The notes below the pieces were generated by a model, which searched no databases, was not told where the DNA came from, and saw only the letters and a list, made by a program, of their open reading frames with translations. Below are positions 29,745 to 40,405 of a stretch of DNA of 64,000 nt, one piece after another (positions within the stretch are counted from its first letter, which is position 1; the number at the start of each line of letters is the position of its first letter). The position numbers and the translations under genes were made by a program. Source of the stretch: an uncultured Candidatus Saccharibacteria bacterium (GTDB taxonomy: Bacteria; Patescibacteriota; Minisyncoccia; Phycocordibacterales; UBA9973); NCBI GenBank assembly GCA_964505155.1, contig CAZDGL010000002.1, forward strand, positions 26,064 through 90,063, in the 5' to 3' direction.

Positions 29745-30209
29745 TTATTTCACATTTACCACTGCGTTGAATATACCTCTTTTAAAGGTTTCAAGGCGCG
29801 GCAGGTCTGGATAGGCTGAGAGTACTTCAAACTCTATGGTACCGTTACTGTACCTGGCTTCTCTGATCCAAATTTGTGAATCAAGCCTTGATGAATTGAT
29901 AACGATGTTCCCATATTGAACTCCCCATCTTTTATCGTTGTTCCATTTGTCATCTCTCTCCAAAGTAAATCCGAAATTCAAATCAACTTGGAGTTCTTTG
30001 AAAATGACTATTAACGTAACCTTCGCCTGTTTTGTAGTTCTAATAGTACCGAAAACATCCTCTTTTCTTGGTAAGGAGAAAACGATCTTTTGTTCTACAA
30101 AGTCAAATTGTTTTGATTCAAGTAACCATTCAGTTACAAGAGTGGCAATGTGTATTGCCTTAGCTGACGATATGTTCATCGACAGCCTTTCTTCTTTTTT
30201 AAAGTACAT
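29745..30209 (-). CDS. Hypothetical protein (154 aa) between pilC and pilB
   Basis: ORF; no family recognised. Confidence 0.4.
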   Translation of the reverse strand: MYFKKEERLSMNISSAKAIHIATLVTEWLLESKQFDFVEQKIVFSLPRKEDVFGTIRTTKQAKVTLIVIFKELQVDLNFGFTLERDDKWNNDKRWGVQYGNIVINSSRLDSQIWIREARYSNGTIEFEVLSAYPDLPRLETFKRGIFNAVVNVK

Positions 30210-30379
30210 AAATTCCTGTATTAGGATTTTGGCAAGAAATACTCAATGCCAAATAGCCTTTAAGACTATATTAATTATAATATCACAAATACTAGATTAT
30301 GTCAAGTAATAATTATCAACAAACAAAACTATTTTCTAACTATTAGATTCCGAAATCCTCCAATGTTTGGATAAAAACC

Positions 30380-32128
30380 TTACTCACTCACCACACGCAA
30401 GACTTCATCTATCGTAGTGTTCCCTTGGATAGCTTGGAAAATACCGTCTTCGATCATGGTCATCATTCCCTCTTTTTTGGCTTGAGCTTCTACTTCATCG
30501 GCTGAACCACCGCGCAGGATTATTTCTTTGATTGTCGCTGAGACTTTGAGCGCTTCGTGAATACCGACACGTCCTTTGTATCCATCTTCTGATTCTTCAC
30601 TTTTTACAGGTTTATAAAAAGGTATTTCTTTCCAAGGAGTACCTGGCTTAATCAGGTTTTCGGCTTCTATAAATACTCGAGCATGATCTAGATCAACAAC
30701 ATCAGAGAGGGCTTTGAGTTCTCCGTCAGAGAGGAAGTATTTTTCTTTGGTAGCAGTCAATCTTCGCACCAAACGCTGAGCGACTATGACCTTGGCAGTT
30801 GAAACGATAAGGAATGGCTCCACTCCCATATCGATAAGTCTAGGAATCGCGCCGGCTGCTGAGTTGGTGTGGATAGTCGAAAGCACCAAGTGGCCAGTAA
30901 GAGCAGCGTTCACGGCAAGAGATGCTGTTTCGCCGTCACGGATCTCTCCCACCATGATGATGTTTGGGTCTTGTCGCAGAAGTGCGCGCAGACCATTGGC
31001 AAAGGTCATACCTATTTCACTTTTTACTTGAGTTTGGTTGATGCGTGGCATTTGATACTCTATCGGATCTTCGACAGTAGAGATGTTGACACTTGGAGTG
31101 TTCAAGATATCGAGCATGGTATAGAGAGTTGTAGTTTTACCAGAGCCAGTTGGTCCTGAAGCAAGCACGATACCTGAGTGTTGTTTCATACCTTCGTGAA
31201 TACGCTCCAGACTCTCTCCGTGAAATCCAAGCCCTTCGAGAGTAAAACCATGGGAGGATTCTCTTAAAATACGAATCACAGTTTTTTCACCAAAGTATGT
31301 CGGTAGTGTTGAGACACGGAAGGACACCGGAGTATCATCTAGGACTATTTTAAATCTTCCGTCTTGTGGAAGGCGCTTTTCGTCGAGTTTGAGATTTGAA
31401 AGCACTTTGATACGAGCAGTGATAGCTGGGGCTGCATCCTTGGGCAAGGTCATAGCGTCGTGCAAGATACCGTCAATACGATAGCGAACAATAAGAGCCT
31501 CTTCTCCAGGCTCAATGTGTATATCAGAAGTGTTTTGCAAGATGGCATGAGAAATCAAAGAGTCTACTATCTTTACCACTGGCAAATCCTCCGCCATTTG
31601 CTTCAAATCTTTTTCAGTGGTTTCGTCGTTTTTTTCATCCACCTTTTGAATGCTACCAACTTCTTTTTGGATTATTGAGTCAAACTCAGCTTGCAAGCTC
31701 TTTTTGTATTGAACCAAAACACTCTTGATAGAGTCACTATCTGTGAGACGTGGCAAGATACGAAGTCCTGTCTTTTTCTTTACGAAATCAATAGCCGGAA
31801 GATTGTCGATATCAAGTATACAAACTTCCAAGTCATTGCCTCTTTTTTTATAAGCAACAATGTTATATTTGCGAGCGATAGGCTCAGGTATCATCTGCAA
31901 GACATCTCTTTCTATCTTTTCTTTTTCAAGACTGAGATATGGTATACCCAAAACATAAGCTTGTAGCTTACGCAATTCTGGCTCTTTTACTTTACCTAGA
32001 GACAATACAAAGTCAGAAAGATTTGTATCCTTTTGTTTTTTTAACTTTTCAAAATTAGTAATATCATCTATTGATATTATTTTTGTATCGATCAAAAGAT
32101 TTTTGAGTTTTTCCTCATCAATAACCAT
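30380..32128 (-). CDS. pilB: Type IV pilus assembly ATPase PilB (GspE family)
   Basis: GSPII_E N-terminal domain, Walker A GPTGSGKTTTLY, Asp and His boxes. The start was placed at MVIDEEK, just after the upstream terminator. Confidence 0.9.
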   Translation of the reverse strand: MVIDEEKLKNLLIDTKIISIDDITNFEKLKKQKDTNLSDFVLSLGKVKEPELRKLQAYVLGIPYLSLEKEKIERDVLQMIPEPIARKYNIVAYKKRGNDLEVCILDIDNLPAIDFVKKKTGLRILPRLTDSDSIKSVLVQYKKSLQAEFDSIIQKEVGSIQKVDEKNDETTEKDLKQMAEDLPVVKIVDSLISHAILQNTSDIHIEPGEEALIVRYRIDGILHDAMTLPKDAAPAITARIKVLSNLKLDEKRLPQDGRFKIVLDDTPVSFRVSTLPTYFGEKTVIRILRESSHGFTLEGLGFHGESLERIHEGMKQHSGIVLASGPTGSGKTTTLYTMLDILNTPSVNISTVEDPIEYQMPRINQTQVKSEIGMTFANGLRALLRQDPNIIMVGEIRDGETASLAVNAALTGHLVLSTIHTNSAAGAIPRLIDMGVEPFLIVSTAKVIVAQRLVRRLTATKEKYFLSDGELKALSDVVDLDHARVFIEAENLIKPGTPWKEIPFYKPVKSEESEDGYKGRVGIHEALKVSATIKEIILRGGSADEVEAQAKKEGMMTMIEDGIFQAIQGNTTIDEVLRVVSE

Positions 32129-32191
32129 ATGTGCTTTTATTGTAACATGACCAAAAACAAAAACCCGCACCTCTGGGGTGCGGGTTTTTGT

Positions 32192-33412
32192 TTAAAATTC
32201 TATGAACAAGAACTTTCTTCTAAGAGAAACTGTTGCTTGATCTGAGGCCGAACTAGATCCATCAGTACAAGAAACTGTATAGGTTGTGTTCACTGTTGGT
32301 GAAACTGGAGTTGAGCCAGAAATAAGTCCACCTGTTGAAAATCCTATACCTGAACAAGAAGTCGCATTGTTAGATGACCAAGAAAGTGTTGATGACTCAC
32401 CCAAAGCTATTCTCTCTGGATTTGCTGTCAAAACAGCAGCCACCTCCGAACCTGTATCTTGTAAGACTTGCACTGTCTCTGAATCACTAGCACTACCATT
32501 TACTCCGGTACAAGATAGAGTAAAGGTTGTATTTGCGTAGAGATTGCCTGTTGATTCATGAGGATAAGAGCTACTTGTTGATCTACTGCCTGTCCAAGAA
32601 GCGCTTGCAGGGCTGGCACTAGCAGTACAAGAAGAGACGTTAGCTGAAGTCCAAGAAAGTGTTGACGAATTACCACTGAAAACACTTGAAGGAGAGACAT
32701 TTAGAGAAACAGACGGCGTAACCACGGTTGTTTGACAAACAGATCCGTTCCAAGAAGAGCCACTAGCACAACTAGTAGTAGCAGTATCTTGGTCGAGCAA
32801 AACGCTATTGTGATAAAGATAAAAGTCAGTATTTCCATATCCAAGCGTTACTGACTGAGAGCCACTAGAGAGCGGACTTGGAGTAAATGAGCTAGGTACT
32901 CCGGTACTACGAGTGATGCTTGTTGGGTTTATTGTGAGATTTGAAGTAGTCCAAGCAACAGAGCCGTTACAACTAGATGCTCCAGAACTTATAGTACAAC
33001 TTGTAGCTGAAAGAGATCCGGAAGGAACAGGAGCACTACTTACAACAACAAGTACTGAGTCTGTAGCATCAGACGAACCTGCTTTTGAACAAGTTATTTC
33101 AAAAACATAGTTACCAGCTACAAGTCCTGATACTATCTCAGAGCTACCACTAGCACTTTTTGCTCCTGACCAGTCAAGACTAGCAACACATGAATCTGGC
33201 GAACCACTAGTAGTCCAAGACAGGGTTGTTGTATTTGTCGGTAGTGTCATAGAAGAAGGAGAAGCTGTTATGTCTACACCGATAACTATAGGTGAACTCG
33301 ATGCCACAGTATAAGTCTCTGAGTGAGTATAGTATGTCCAGGCAGCCGAGCTTACAGACGGTATTGATACTGTTAGCAAACTTACAAATATTAGGGAAAT
33401 TATTTTTTTCAT
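32192..33412 (-). CDS. Secreted Ser/Thr-rich repeat protein (406 aa)
   Basis: Signal peptide, then three Ig-like repeats each carrying an LSWT(S/T)...SC(S/T)AS motif. Confidence 0.6.
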   Translation of the reverse strand: MKKIISLIFVSLLTVSIPSVSSAAWTYYTHSETYTVASSSPIVIGVDITASPSSMTLPTNTTTLSWTTSGSPDSCVASLDWSGAKSASGSSEIVSGLVAGNYVFEITCSKAGSSDATDSVLVVVSSAPVPSGSLSATSCTISSGASSCNGSVAWTTSNLTINPTSITRSTGVPSSFTPSPLSSGSQSVTLGYGNTDFYLYHNSVLLDQDTATTSCASGSSWNGSVCQTTVVTPSVSLNVSPSSVFSGNSSTLSWTSANVSSCTASASPASASWTGSRSTSSSYPHESTGNLYANTTFTLSCTGVNGSASDSETVQVLQDTGSEVAAVLTANPERIALGESSTLSWSSNNATSCSGIGFSTGGLISGSTPVSPTVNTTYTVSCTDGSSSASDQATVSLRRKFLFIEF

Positions 33413-33441
33413 AAACTTTAATAAATACTTAATAATTACTA

Positions 33442-35409
33442 CTAAAAGTTCTCAACTATATCTTGTGGACAAGTCCAACCATCGCATGCAACTGCTGAAC
33501 AATAGCCTCCTATATCGTGATCAATTTTACTAACTTCTAAATCGACCTCAAGTTGCCCTGGTAAAAACCTAGCTGTAAATTCTGACGTCTGTGGGACATC
33601 CTCATTGTCTGTTCTTATACGGAATGTAAAGTCTACTGAAGTGACCCCTCTAGCAGTGGCACTTGCTTCTGTAGCAACATCTCTTATTGCCTTAAGATAA
33701 CCAGTTTCACCAGAATAAGGATCGGGCATGATATTACAAATACCCATAATAGCTGCTAGATTAGTTTCATTGCCATAATTTTGAACAATAGCCGCATCAT
33801 TGTCTACCCCGGCAGTAAAATCTACATTATAGTTACCAGCAATAGGTTGGCCGTTTTGTGTCGGAACACTAACTTGAAAATCTCTCTGATCCCCCATAAA
33901 AGATGGTTGTGAAGGTCCTAGAGCAACTACGGTAGGGAAAATATCTTTTGAAATATTACCAATTGTGATAGCACTCAAGCTAACATCTCTAGTTAGAGAA
34001 GAAGCCGTATCCATATAGCCATCTACTAACAAAGTATCTCCTTGATTAAAAACAGTACTGCCTGGATTTAATGGATTAGAAATATTTACTATAACTCTTA
34101 TATCATTTTGAGCACCTATCCAGTAGGTCGCAGCCTGCGCTTTTGCACTAGGCAAGAAAGCTAAGACCAAAAACACTGCTATCCCTCCTATGGTAGTTAC
34201 TTTTTTTCTTTTCATAATGATTCCTATAGTTGCTATTATTATCAAAAGCAAGACTAGTAAGATAGCACCCTTCTTGCCAGAGAATATTCCAGAGTCTTTT
34301 GAAACTGATGTAGTCGGGATAGAAACATATCTCTCCACTATAGTTTCCCCGTCGACATCCTTGAGAGTAAGCGCTATCTTTGGATCATAACAATTCTTTT
34401 TTATAGAAACCAAAACACTTTGGTTAAAAACTGGCTTTTCAAAACTAGAAGATCCACAAACCACCCCTCTACCAGAAGAGATTTTGACTTCCATCGAAGC
34501 TACCTCTTTGGCATTTGATGTCCACAAAGTAGTGATATTTGCCACTTCGTTTTTCATATAAACATCTTTATCAGAAGAAATGTTGAAAATATTGGCGCTA
34601 AATCCGTAAGTGTTATAACTGATGATTATCTCATTTGTATTATTTGTGCCGTCAAAAAAAGATAGCTTGGTTTTGTAAACACCTGCATTTTGTGCAGTTG
34701 GTATCTTTAGAGAAAAAGCTTTTTTCTCTAAAGGCTTTAGGTTTACAGTATCAGAGATACTACTTACCTCTACAATATCTCCATATATACTTTGCGCTCG
34801 TGTTTCAAGATTTGGAGAAAGTGACAAGTCTTTTATACTAGGATTTGTTATAGAACAATCCAAAGTCAAACTCTGCCCAGCAAAAACTACAGGAGAGGCG
34901 CTTATAGCGTATTTCTTTTTCTCTCCCTTGCCTTCAACCAAAAGCGAACAAGTACTACTATCTAAAAACAGAGACTTTTGACTAGAGACAAGCTTGATAT
35001 CTCCCAGAGAATAATACCCGAGCATCAAACCAGAAGTATTTCCAACAAATAGATAAAGTGAATAATCTCCAGAGAGAGTCTTGGGTGCTTCATAAACTAT
35101 TGTTTTTCTGGTGGTGGAGTTTTCAAGTAGAGTTAAGTTTTCATCATAGACCTTTTCTTCCAAGATAGTGTTGGGTTTACCTTTGGGTGAGAGTCTGACA
35201 CTGTAGTAGACATTGTTCTGCGCACTCTTACCGTTTGTAAGCACAAAAGATATGTTGAATACTGAACCGACCTGGTCAACTATTTTTGCGCCGGAGATGT
35301 TAACATCGGCAACCATTGTTACGTTTGAAGTATTTTGCGCATTGGCAATATTTGCTAAGACAAAAAATAATAAAAGAGTGATTATAGAAAAATATTTGTT
35401 TAGTTTCAT
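33442..35409 (-). CDS. Large surface protein (655 aa) with a signal peptide and an internal TM/second signal-like segment
   Basis: N-terminal signal MKLNKYFSIITLLLFFVLANIANA. Internal GAILLVLLLIIIATIGIIMKRKK is followed by VTTIGGIAVFLVLAFLPSAKAQA. Confidence 0.55.
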   Translation of the reverse strand: MKLNKYFSIITLLLFFVLANIANAQNTSNVTMVADVNISGAKIVDQVGSVFNISFVLTNGKSAQNNVYYSVRLSPKGKPNTILEEKVYDENLTLLENSTTRKTIVYEAPKTLSGDYSLYLFVGNTSGLMLGYYSLGDIKLVSSQKSLFLDSSTCSLLVEGKGEKKKYAISASPVVFAGQSLTLDCSITNPSIKDLSLSPNLETRAQSIYGDIVEVSSISDTVNLKPLEKKAFSLKIPTAQNAGVYKTKLSFFDGTNNTNEIIISYNTYGFSANIFNISSDKDVYMKNEVANITTLWTSNAKEVASMEVKISSGRGVVCGSSSFEKPVFNQSVLVSIKKNCYDPKIALTLKDVDGETIVERYVSIPTTSVSKDSGIFSGKKGAILLVLLLIIIATIGIIMKRKKVTTIGGIAVFLVLAFLPSAKAQAATYWIGAQNDIRVIVNISNPLNPGSTVFNQGDTLLVDGYMDTASSLTRDVSLSAITIGNISKDIFPTVVALGPSQPSFMGDQRDFQVSVPTQNGQPIAGNYNVDFTAGVDNDAAIVQNYGNETNLAAIMGICNIMPDPYSGETGYLKAIRDVATEASATARGVTSVDFTFRIRTDNEDVPQTSEFTARFLPGQLEVDLEVSKIDHDIGGYCSAVACDGWTCPQDIVENF

Positions 35410-35506
35410 TTTGAATAAAAGTACTTAACTTGTACAGATATAAGTATAACAATATAAACAATAAAAAAATACCCTCCTGTGCGATGCACAAAGAGGGTAC
35501 ATTGAT

Positions 35507-36142
35507 TTAATGCCTGTAGCTTGTGACAACTAACTCGTTGTCTGCGTTAATCCTGGAAAGGACTAAGTCTGTTTCGGTAAGTGTTACCACATTCCAGGTC
35601 TTTGCTGAGAAAGTCAGAAGCATATTTCCTTCGTCAAAGTTAAACGGAGATGGTACTCCGTCAACACCTCCGACCGGTGTTACAACTGATTTTAAATCAG
35701 TTCTAAATGTTACACCATACAGCCAGGCGGATGGGATTCCGTTACCAATATTAATAGTGGTACCGTTCCATTTTCCGTTTTTAGACAGAAGTGAAAACTT
35801 CTGAGACCAGCAGTCAGCCACTACAGTAGTTTCTGCAGTTTGGCCAGAGCCTGAGGCACTAAGCTTAACAGGTGTTTGACCAGTTACACTGGAAACAGTA
35901 TAGCTACCGCCGGTAACAATGCCTGGATTGGCAGTTATTGTAGCCGGCAAATTGGTAGTTACAGACCCAGAAGCTGGATCACCGAACCACACCTTTGTTG
36001 GCGCAGTTGCAGAAATCTGTAACTTAGTTGCCGGTGGTGGAGGTGGTTCAGGTGGAGGTGTTGGAGAAGAACTCCTTCCGCAAGATACAATAAGGATGGC
36101 AAATACGCTCACCATCCCCAAGGCGTTTTTTAAATTTTTCAT
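35507..36142 (-). CDS. Lipoprotein with a Pro-rich linker (211 aa)
   Basis: Lipobox LIVSCG, then PTPPPEPPPPP. Confidence 0.55.
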   Translation of the reverse strand: MKNLKNALGMVSVFAILIVSCGRSSSPTPPPEPPPPPATKLQISATAPTKVWFGDPASGSVTTNLPATITANPGIVTGGSYTVSSVTGQTPVKLSASGSGQTAETTVVADCWSQKFSLLSKNGKWNGTTINIGNGIPSAWLYGVTFRTDLKSVVTPVGGVDGVPSPFNFDEGNMLLTFSAKTWNVVTLTETDLVLSRINADNELVVTSYRH

Positions 36143-36419
36143 TTTAAAAAATTAAAAGGATGAGGGCAATATCGCCAAAAAATCAATTTGAATGTACTCT
36201 CGTACGTTTGAGCATATTATATACCCAAAAGGGGTGTTTTGTCAATGTAAATACCCCAAAATGGGGATAATATGTGGATATTTGCCTATACAATATATAT
36301 ATGCTATATTCCCTAGTAGTAAATGTCCGGCCCAAAAAGCTCGGACATTTCTGTTAAAAAGCGATAAAAACCCTTACAAACGTGCCCCGCAATAGCGGGG
36401 AAAATAAAAATACAAATAT

Positions 36420-37631
36420 ATGTTAGATATAAAAGCCCTAAAAATAGCTATAGAACAGCTCGAAAATGAGCGTCGCATCGGTCGCGATAAGCTCGTTGAT
36501 GCTATCGAGCAATCTCTGGCTGCTGCTTACAAAAAAGAATACGGCAAAAAAGGCCAAGTAGTGCGTGCCCACATCGATCTCGATGCTGGTAGTGTTTCCT
36601 TTGACCAAGTCAAAACCGTTGTAGACGATACTTTGGTGTACTTTGAAGACGAGGTGGACACTCTTTCAGAAACAGACGAAAGAGAATCCTACAACGAAGA
36701 AAAGCATATTCTCCTAGAAGACGCCAAGATTATGAGAAGTGGTGCGCAGGTAGGAGATGAGATAATCTTCAACCTAGAACCAAAGGATGACTTTGGACGC
36801 ATCGCCGCTCAAACTGCCAAACAGGTTATTATTCAACGTATCCGAGAAGCGGAACGTGGCTCTATCATGGAAGAGTTTGGTGGCAAGGAAGGCGACATAG
36901 TCTCAGGACATATTCAAAAAGTAGACAAGGGTACTGTTTTTATCGACTTTAACAGAGCTACAGGTATAATCCCGCCAGCAGAGCAAATCCCGGGAGAGCG
37001 TTATGCTCGTGGAGCTCGTGTACGTGGTTATCTATACCATGTCGAAGAATCTCCTCGCGGTATCAACCTTCGCATCTCTCGCACTCATCCCAAGTTTATG
37101 GAAAAGCTCTTCGCGCAAGAGTCTCCAGAGATAGCTACCGGTGTTGTAGAGATCAAATCCATAGCTCGAGAGCCAGGCGCAAGAAGCAAAATGGCTGTCT
37201 ATACTGCCGATCCAAACATCGATCCAGTAGGATCATGTGTTGGTCAGCGTGGTGTCAGAGTCTCGACTGTTATGAATGAGCTTGGTGGCGAAAAGATAGA
37301 CATCATCGAATGGTCAGAAGATCCAAACGAATTTGTTCGCAAGGCTCTCTCTCCAGCAAAAGTCTTGGATGTAGTGCTCGACGAAGCTGAGCACAAAGCT
37401 CTGATAGAAGTCACCCCAGACCAACTCTCGCTCGCTATCGGAAAAGGTGGTCAAAACGTTCGCCTTGCAGCTAAGCTCACTGGGTGGAAGATAGATATCA
37501 AAGGCGCAGAAGTTCCAGAAACTGAAAGCCAAGAAAGTGCTGAAGGTGAAGACTTCAAACCACTAACTGAACTAACTACTGAGCCTCAAGCGCAAGAAAC
37601 TACAGAAGCAACTCAAGAAGAGACTGAATAA
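36420..37631 (+). CDS. nusA: Transcription termination/antitermination factor NusA
   Basis: NusA N-terminal, S1 and KH domains (GKGGQNVRLAAKLTGWKIDI), plus an acidic tail. Confidence 0.9.
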   Translation: MLDIKALKIAIEQLENERRIGRDKLVDAIEQSLAAAYKKEYGKKGQVVRAHIDLDAGSVSFDQVKTVVDDTLVYFEDEVDTLSETDERESYNEEKHILLEDAKIMRSGAQVGDEIIFNLEPKDDFGRIAAQTAKQVIIQRIREAERGSIMEEFGGKEGDIVSGHIQKVDKGTVFIDFNRATGIIPPAEQIPGERYARGARVRGYLYHVEESPRGINLRISRTHPKFMEKLFAQESPEIATGVVEIKSIAREPGARSKMAVYTADPNIDPVGSCVGQRGVRVSTVMNELGGEKIDIIEWSEDPNEFVRKALSPAKVLDVVLDEAEHKALIEVTPDQLSLAIGKGGQNVRLAAKLTGWKIDIKGAEVPETESQESAEGEDFKPLTELTTEPQAQETTEATQEETE

Positions 37632-37656
37632 TTTATCAACTTAAAATACAAAAACT

Positions 37657-38208
37657 ATGATGAACCTTTGGCACGATATTACTTTAGGCAAAAATCCAAC
37701 AGAATCTTTTAACTGTATTGTAGAAATACCAAAAGGTTCTCACAACAAATACGAGATAGATAAAGAGACAGGTTTGATAGCTCTCGATAGAGCCAACTAT
37801 AATTCTGCGCCTTATCCATTTGACTACGCTTTTGCTCCACAAACTCTCTGGGAAGACGGAGATGCACTAGATGTAGTTATCATAACTACATATCCGCTAA
37901 ATGTCGGTGTGATGGTCAATGTTAGACCGATAGCAATCATGAATATGGTTGATTCTGGAGAAAGTGATGACAAGATCATAGCTGTTCCAACAAATGATAG
38001 ACGTTTTGAACATATCCATGATTTAGCTGATCTCAACAAACACCTTCTCAAAGAATTCACTCACTTTTTTGAAACTTACAAAAATCTCAAAAGTGACGAC
38101 GGGCACATCGCTCATCCTGTAAAGATAAATGGTATTGAAGGCAAAGAAAAAGCAGTCGAAGCCATCAAAAAATCTATCGAACTCTACAAAGCAAAGTTTC
38201 AAAAGTAA
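37657..38208 (+). CDS. ppa: Inorganic pyrophosphatase
   Basis: Family I PPase motifs ...DGDALDVVI...; 183 aa. Confidence 0.85.
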   Translation: MMNLWHDITLGKNPTESFNCIVEIPKGSHNKYEIDKETGLIALDRANYNSAPYPFDYAFAPQTLWEDGDALDVVIITTYPLNVGVMVNVRPIAIMNMVDSGESDDKIIAVPTNDRRFEHIHDLADLNKHLLKEFTHFFETYKNLKSDDGHIAHPVKINGIEGKEKAVEAIKKSIELYKAKFQK

Positions 38209-38583
38209 TCTCAAAAAGAAATGCCTCCCATACGGGAGGCGTTTTTTTAATTAATGACCACTGATATCAACAATGTCTTTGTCCAGGGCACGAGCAATGA
38301 GCAGGCAAAGGCACGAGAAAATAAGTGGTGCAACAAACCCAAAATAACTCATATCAGGGTCACCGAAGGATATGCTTCCAAAGACAAAGGATGCTACCGA
38401 TGCAAATATCCTGACAACAACAAACATAACAGCGACGATTATCAAAGCTTTTGAACTTTTCAAGAAAAAAAGAGCAAATTTAGCTTTCAAGGCTATAAAT
38501 TTTATTTTCATATATTGATTTTTCAATCACTATACCGTAATAAACGCTCTAGTCAATCGTCAAAAAATGTGTATAATAAGCAT

Positions 38584-39072
38584 ATGATAAAAAAGATTCT
38601 AATCCTTAGTTTTATAGCTATTTTGGCACTAAGTGCTCCTGTATCTGCGCAGATTGCTAGCCAAGCCCCTACTACTCCAAAAGAGGTAAAGGCTGAACCC
38701 CTAACCAAAAAACAAAAAATAGAGGCTGATTTGCGCTCTACTTCAAACAAGCTAAAAGTTGCCATCAACAAAACTCAAAAGCTTCTAGACCTTTTGAACA
38801 AAAATGACAAAGACACATCTTTGGCCCAAGAATCTCTCGACTCTGCCAATACTTCTTTAGAAGAGGCCAGTGAAGCCATCGACCAATACGCGGGTATTTT
38901 ACCTGAAATAAATCCAAGCGAAAAAGCTGACAAAAAATCAAAAGAAGTGGTCCTTATCAAAGAGCCTCTCAAAAAAGCTCAAGAATCTCTCAAGAGCGCT
39001 AAGGCTTCTTTGATAGAGAGCATCAAAATATTAAAAGAAGGTCTTGCTCCAAAAGAGGGCTCTGAAGAATAA
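38584..39072 (+). CDS. Secreted coiled-coil protein
   Basis: Signal peptide MIKKILILSFIAILALSAPVSA, followed by a charged helical region. Confidence 0.45.
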   Translation: MIKKILILSFIAILALSAPVSAQIASQAPTTPKEVKAEPLTKKQKIEADLRSTSNKLKVAINKTQKLLDLLNKNDKDTSLAQESLDSANTSLEEASEAIDQYAGILPEINPSEKADKKSKEVVLIKEPLKKAQESLKSAKASLIESIKILKEGLAPKEGSEE

Positions 39073-39074
39073 AA

Positions 39075-39275
39075 ATGGAAGAGCCACGCAAAAGTCCATG
39101 GGCGATTGTAATCATACTGTTGGTTATAATCACTTGTGGACTTTTTTGGTTTAGCCAAAAACCAGAACAAATAACTCCTGTAAATATAACCAAACCCTCT
39201 TTTAGTGACAATGCGCAAGCACTAGAAGCTTCTGTAGAAGGTATCATTATCCCCGACTATTCTGAGGAGATGTAA
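39075..39275 (+). CDS. Small membrane protein (66 aa)
   Basis: One transmembrane segment; tightly spaced with its neighbours. Confidence 0.35.
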   Translation: MEEPRKSPWAIVIILLVIITCGLFWFSQKPEQITPVNITKPSFSDNAQALEASVEGIIIPDYSEEM

Positions 39276-39316
39276 CTTTTGGCATCAAAAGCATAGTGTG
39301 TTAGACTGCGCTAACT

Positions 39317-40357
39317 ATGATCAAAAATATCGACAATTTGGAAATAAAAAGCCTAGAAAATGGGCAGGTAGAGATAAAGGCAGAAATCGCTTGGGAAGCT
39401 TTTTCTAGCTTTGAAAAAAAAGCCTTAGAGAGACTTTTGCCACATGTAGAAGTACAAGGTTTTAGAAAAGGTAACGTTCCAGAAGCTATAGCCAAAAAAC
39501 AGCTCGGTGAAGAACTCATCCTCTCTGATATGGCAGAGCTCATTATCCAAGAATTTTATCCTCAAATCCTAGAGGAAAAAAAGATAGATGCTATCGGCCG
39601 TCCTAATGTCCTTATCACTAAACTAGCTAGAGAAAATGCTTTGGGCTTTACTATCACTACAGAAGTTTTACCAGAAATAGCACTACCCAACTACAAAAAG
39701 ATTGCCAAAGATGCGCCCAAGGTAGATGAAGTTTCAGTCTCTGAAGAAGAGATAGACAAAGTCATAGAAGACCTACGCCAAATGCGTGCTTATGGTCACG
39801 TCCATCACCACGAAGACCACGGACACTCACACGAAGAGCCTCTTCCAGAAGTAAACGATGAATTTGCCAAAAGCTTTGGTGCCTTTGAGAGTGTCGCTGA
39901 TCTTCGAAACAAAATCAAAGAAAACACTTTGAAAGAAAAAGAGCAAAATGAAAAAGACAAACGTCGCATCGCTATCATGGATGGCATTATCGCCGAGGCT
40001 AAGTTTATAGTTCCATCTATCATCTTAAAATCTGAACAAGAAAAAATGCTTGCTCAAATAGAGGCCGATGTATCTAGAAGTGGCATGGAGTTTGAAGAAT
40101 ACCTAAAACACACCAGTAAAACTCGCGAAGGTATCATGGAAGAGTTTAAAGGTGAAGCTGAGCGTCGTGCTAGATTTCAAATGTGCATCAATGCTATCGC
40201 CAAAGATATGGCTCTCAAAGTAACTGATGAAGAAGTAAATGCGGAAGCGCAAAAGCTTATGCAGATGTACCCTGGTGCCGACCTCGCCCGCACTACTGCC
40301 TACGCTGATATGCTACTGACAAATGAAAAAACCCTTTCGACACTAGAGAGTTTATAA
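39317..40357 (+). CDS. tig: Trigger factor, short form lacking an obvious PPIase domain
   Basis: Ribosome-binding motif GFRKGNVP; lies upstream of clpP. At 346 aa it is shorter than the typical 430 aa. Confidence 0.75.
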   Translation: MIKNIDNLEIKSLENGQVEIKAEIAWEAFSSFEKKALERLLPHVEVQGFRKGNVPEAIAKKQLGEELILSDMAELIIQEFYPQILEEKKIDAIGRPNVLITKLARENALGFTITTEVLPEIALPNYKKIAKDAPKVDEVSVSEEEIDKVIEDLRQMRAYGHVHHHEDHGHSHEEPLPEVNDEFAKSFGAFESVADLRNKIKENTLKEKEQNEKDKRRIAIMDGIIAEAKFIVPSIILKSEQEKMLAQIEADVSRSGMEFEEYLKHTSKTREGIMEEFKGEAERRARFQMCINAIAKDMALKVTDEEVNAEAQKLMQMYPGADLARTTAYADMLLTNEKTLSTLESL

Positions 40358-40405
40358 AAAGAAAAGCCTTTACGAAAATTTGTAAAGGCTTTCTGTTTGA
40401 TCTTG

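Noticed and set aside
36192-36395. 67-aa ORF upstream of nusA
   Set aside because: Sits in an AT-rich promoter region and has no start context; probably non-coding leader sequence.
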